DNA of 28,825 nucleotides from a virus (Duplodnaviria; Heunggongvirae; Uroviricota; Caudoviricetes): IMG/VR virus record IMGVR_UViG_2698536355_000015, positions 1 to 28,825 of that record; one strand, 5' to 3'. Shown piece by piece: positions 26,769 to 28,825 of this stretch (position 1 is its first letter; each line of letters starts with the position of its first letter). The notes under the pieces were generated by a model. It saw only the letters and a program-made list of their open reading frames with translations, ran no database searches and was not told where the DNA came from. The position numbers and the translations under genes were made by a program.

Positions 26769-27050
26769 TTAATGTCTCAGAATATCAATCAGACGCGCCA
26801 TATTTCCCCGTACCCAAAGCACCGCGGCGCATATAAACAGGTTTCCCAGCACCACCAACCAGTGCGATTCGTGGTACAGGCCAAACAGAAAACGGAAAGG
26901 CACGAAGGCGTAAACCAGAATGGTCAGGTACGCCAGAAAGGAAACGCCTGGCCGGTGCCTGGCGCCGCGACGCTGGTAGAACATCAGGACAATCACGATA
27001 ACGGCGCAGATAATGACGTTCGCCAGCGTTGCCGGATCACTTACTACCAT
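26769..27050 (-). CDS. Lysis-cassette membrane protein (possible second holin/antiholin)
   Basis: 93 aa with about three hydrophobic helices, located between the holin-like gene and the endolysin; not lambda S-like. Confidence 0.45.
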   Translation of the reverse strand: MVVSDPATLANVIICAVIVIVLMFYQRRGARHRPGVSFLAYLTILVYAFVPFRFLFGLYHESHWLVVLGNLFICAAVLWVRGNMARLIDILRH

Positions 27051-27432
27051 TTGAACCTCCTCCCCGCAGGCGGGAGAGCATACCGAACAGGCTGTTCAGA
27101 TCCTGACTGTTGAGAAACGTCAGCACTTTGATGATCAGCGCTGAAATCAGAACAGCGCCTAGTGCGTCCAGCGGTCTGTCGGTGTAACCAAGCCAGGTGC
27201 TGAGCTTCGCACCCAGCAGGCCAGCGCCCAGCACGCCGACAATAAACGATGTCAGAAAGTAGGCTGCCAGCCGTCGGCGCGTCAGGTTTGCCGTGGTCGC
27301 CACGTAGAACACGGCCCCGGCAAACGCACCAAATACGACGCCGAAATCGGTTTGCGTCAGGATGCCGTACATAGTTGCGCCCAGCAGGCCGCCACCCAGC
27401 ACGACGCCAGTGCCAGTTACAGGATCGGACAT
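27037..27432 (-). CDS. Putative holin (non-lambda-S type)
   Basis: Gly/Ala-rich membrane protein with about three transmembrane segments, first gene of the lysis cassette, directly downstream of a terminator. Confidence 0.5.
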   Translation of the reverse strand: MSDPVTGTGVVLGGGLLGATMYGILTQTDFGVVFGAFAGAVFYVATTANLTRRRLAAYFLTSFIVGVLGAGLLGAKLSTWLGYTDRPLDALGAVLISALIIKVLTFLNSQDLNSLFGMLSRLRGGGSNGSK

Positions 27433-27539
27433 TAAGCCCCCTCGTTATTGCTGTGAGTCCTCTCAGAATTGAGGGGATAAGGAATCAGGCTCGCGGGCTC
27501 TTATGTAAAAGTGAAGGTAAGGGTGATTCCCAGAGCCTG

Positions 27540-27568
27540 AAAATAAAAAACCCCGGCGAATGCCAGGG
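27540..27568 (-). terminator. Rho-independent terminator upstream of the lysis cassette (tR'-like candidate)
   Basis: Minus-strand sense CCCTGGC-ATTC-GCCGGGG hairpin (7-bp stem with one G-U pair) followed by TTTTTTATTTT; about 110 nt upstream of the holin start, the position tR' occupies in lambdoid phages. Confidence 0.5.
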
Positions 27569-27589
27569 CTCGAAATTTTGGTGATAATT

Positions 27590-27784
27590 TTATAATGGTG
27601 GCTCAAGAGGCCCCGCAATGACTTCTGCTTCACCGTTATGGCAGATATCGTCACCTCTGGTCAGATGCCAGATTCCTGTAACCGCCATTCCGGTATCCAG
27701 ATCCTCGAACACTTCGTTCGTGAAGTAAGCCACCTGAACAACACCACTATGCTGAATCCAGTAGAACCCCTCTTTCATCTCCAT
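27590..27784 (-). CDS. Small hypothetical ORF upstream of the terminator (may be a non-coding late-leader region instead)
   Basis: 64-aa ORF with a GGAG about 5 nt before the ATG, ending about 20 nt before the terminator hairpin; no homologue recognised. Confidence 0.3.
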   Translation of the reverse strand: MEMKEGFYWIQHSGVVQVAYFTNEVFEDLDTGMAVTGIWHLTRGDDICHNGEAEVIAGPLEPPL

Positions 27785-27919
27785 CTGCTCCGAGTGAGTA
27801 TTTTTTTAAACTAATAGAGCTGGATGACGATCACAGCCATGATACTTATCAGTTGAAGTATATATACACTCTCAACCCGCCAATGGTAATATGATAAACC
27901 ATTTATTTCAGGAGGTTAT

Positions 27920-28825
27920 ATGATTTATCTGCTGGAAGGTGATTCGTTTGTTGAGGTTGATGACTGGCAAAAGATTTGTGCCAGACCAAGCTATTTAGAA
28001 AACCTCGTAGTTAAAGGTAGAAAGCTCGAAAGGATCATTGGATACTACGAGCTCCCTGAAAAAGTAAAATGCGGCCTTTCCAATTGCCACACGCGTCATT
28101 TTAAAGGCTACGTGGTTGAGACGGACAACAGCTCCGAAACGAATATCGGTCATAACTGTGGAACAAAATATTTCGACGTTCAATTCGAAACTATGTCATC
28201 AGAGTTCCTGAATGCTCTCGAATTCGCAAAAGCGAAAGCTTTCATCGTAGAAAATAAATCACGAGTTTTTGAATACTGGCAGAAAGTGAACGCATTAGCC
28301 GTTGGGCAAAAAAATGCCACTTGGGCCATTGATTTGTACTCTAAGATCAACTCGTCAGAGATAATTGGGTTAGCTGCGTATCGGGCGTTAAGACAGATGC
28401 AGGCGAATGGTAATGGAAATGTAACTACCACACGCCTCCCCACCGCTAAAGAAATTGAGCTGGCACAAACAGCTGGGCAGCCTGTTCCACAATCTGTTGA
28501 AGTCATTGTTGGATTTATTTCAAACATTGACTTTCTATCGCCAGATAACGATTTGAGTGATATTTACAATATCCAATTAAGGGGAGTTGTACAAAATTTA
28601 CAGGATGCAGAACCAGAAAAAATGTCACGTACACAAATGAGACCGATAGTTAGTGGAATATCCGCCTTAAATACGAAAATTGAAAAGGCAAAGGAAATAA
28701 TTGAAACGGCCAGACTGTTTTTCACTCAGGAAAATCTATCACAGCTATTAAAACATCTGGAAGATAATCAGAATATAAGTTCTGCCGATGTTGATCGCTA
28801 TAAAAAATTCCTTGCATGCCTATAA
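27920..28825 (+). CDS. Hypothetical 301-aa protein with N-terminal Cys/His cluster (opposite-strand AT-rich insertion; candidate defence/accessory gene)
   Basis: Complete ORF ending in TAA at the window edge; AGGAGG Shine-Dalgarno 6 nt upstream of the ATG and an AT-rich upstream region; strongly AT-rich coding sequence; motif C-x4-C-H-x2-H ... H-x-C-G between residues about 50-82; Lys/Glu/Asn-rich probably helical C-terminal half. Opposite in orientation to every flanking phage gene. Confidence 0.6.
   Translation: MIYLLEGDSFVEVDDWQKICARPSYLENLVVKGRKLERIIGYYELPEKVKCGLSNCHTRHFKGYVVETDNSSETNIGHNCGTKYFDVQFETMSSEFLNALEFAKAKAFIVENKSRVFEYWQKVNALAVGQKNATWAIDLYSKINSSEIIGLAAYRALRQMQANGNGNVTTTRLPTAKEIELAQTAGQPVPQSVEVIVGFISNIDFLSPDNDLSDIYNIQLRGVVQNLQDAEPEKMSRTQMRPIVSGISALNTKIEKAKEIIETARLFFTQENLSQLLKHLEDNQNISSADVDRYKKFLACL

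Noticed and set aside
1-28825. Integrase, excisionase, attL/attR or tRNA integration target
   Set aside because: None recognisable in the window; the prophage ends presumably lie beyond the window boundaries, so no insertion site is claimed.

Overview
The window is almost entirely the late region of a mosaic prophage of an enterobacterial-type host, transcribed on the minus strand (high to low coordinates). No tRNA, rRNA, CRISPR array, integrase or att site was recognised. Order along the minus strand: (1) a lysis cassette (two holin-like membrane proteins, a lambda R-like endolysin, Rz with embedded Rz1) preceded by a tR'-like terminator; (2) four uncharacterised genes between lysis and cos; (3) a dense TGGGACAT repeat array immediately upstream of the small terminase gene (cosB-like); (4) a lambda-like packaging and head module (Nu1-like TerS, gpA-like TerL, gpW, gpB portal, S49 protease, acidic scaffold, gpD, gpE, FI/FII-position proteins); (5) a Mu-like contractile tail and baseplate module (sheath, tube, frameshifted chaperone, tape measure with a lytic transglycosylase domain, N-like, P-like, V-like, gp25-like, J-like, gp48-like, tail fibre, Tfa); (6) a low-GC three-gene gtr-like glycosylation cassette behind its own terminator; (7) a UmuD'-like gene convergent with a dinI-like gene at the left edge. 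Two AT-rich insertions stand out: a small membrane protein with its own terminator inside the tail module (10226..10627) and an opposite-strand 301-aa Cys/His-containing ORF upstream of the lysis genes (27920..28825), which is the strongest candidate for an undescribed accessory function. All homology statements come from reading the ORF-track translations against remembered family sequences; no database search was run. CDS coordinates follow the ORF track; motif coordinates were counted by hand and may be off by 1-2 nt.
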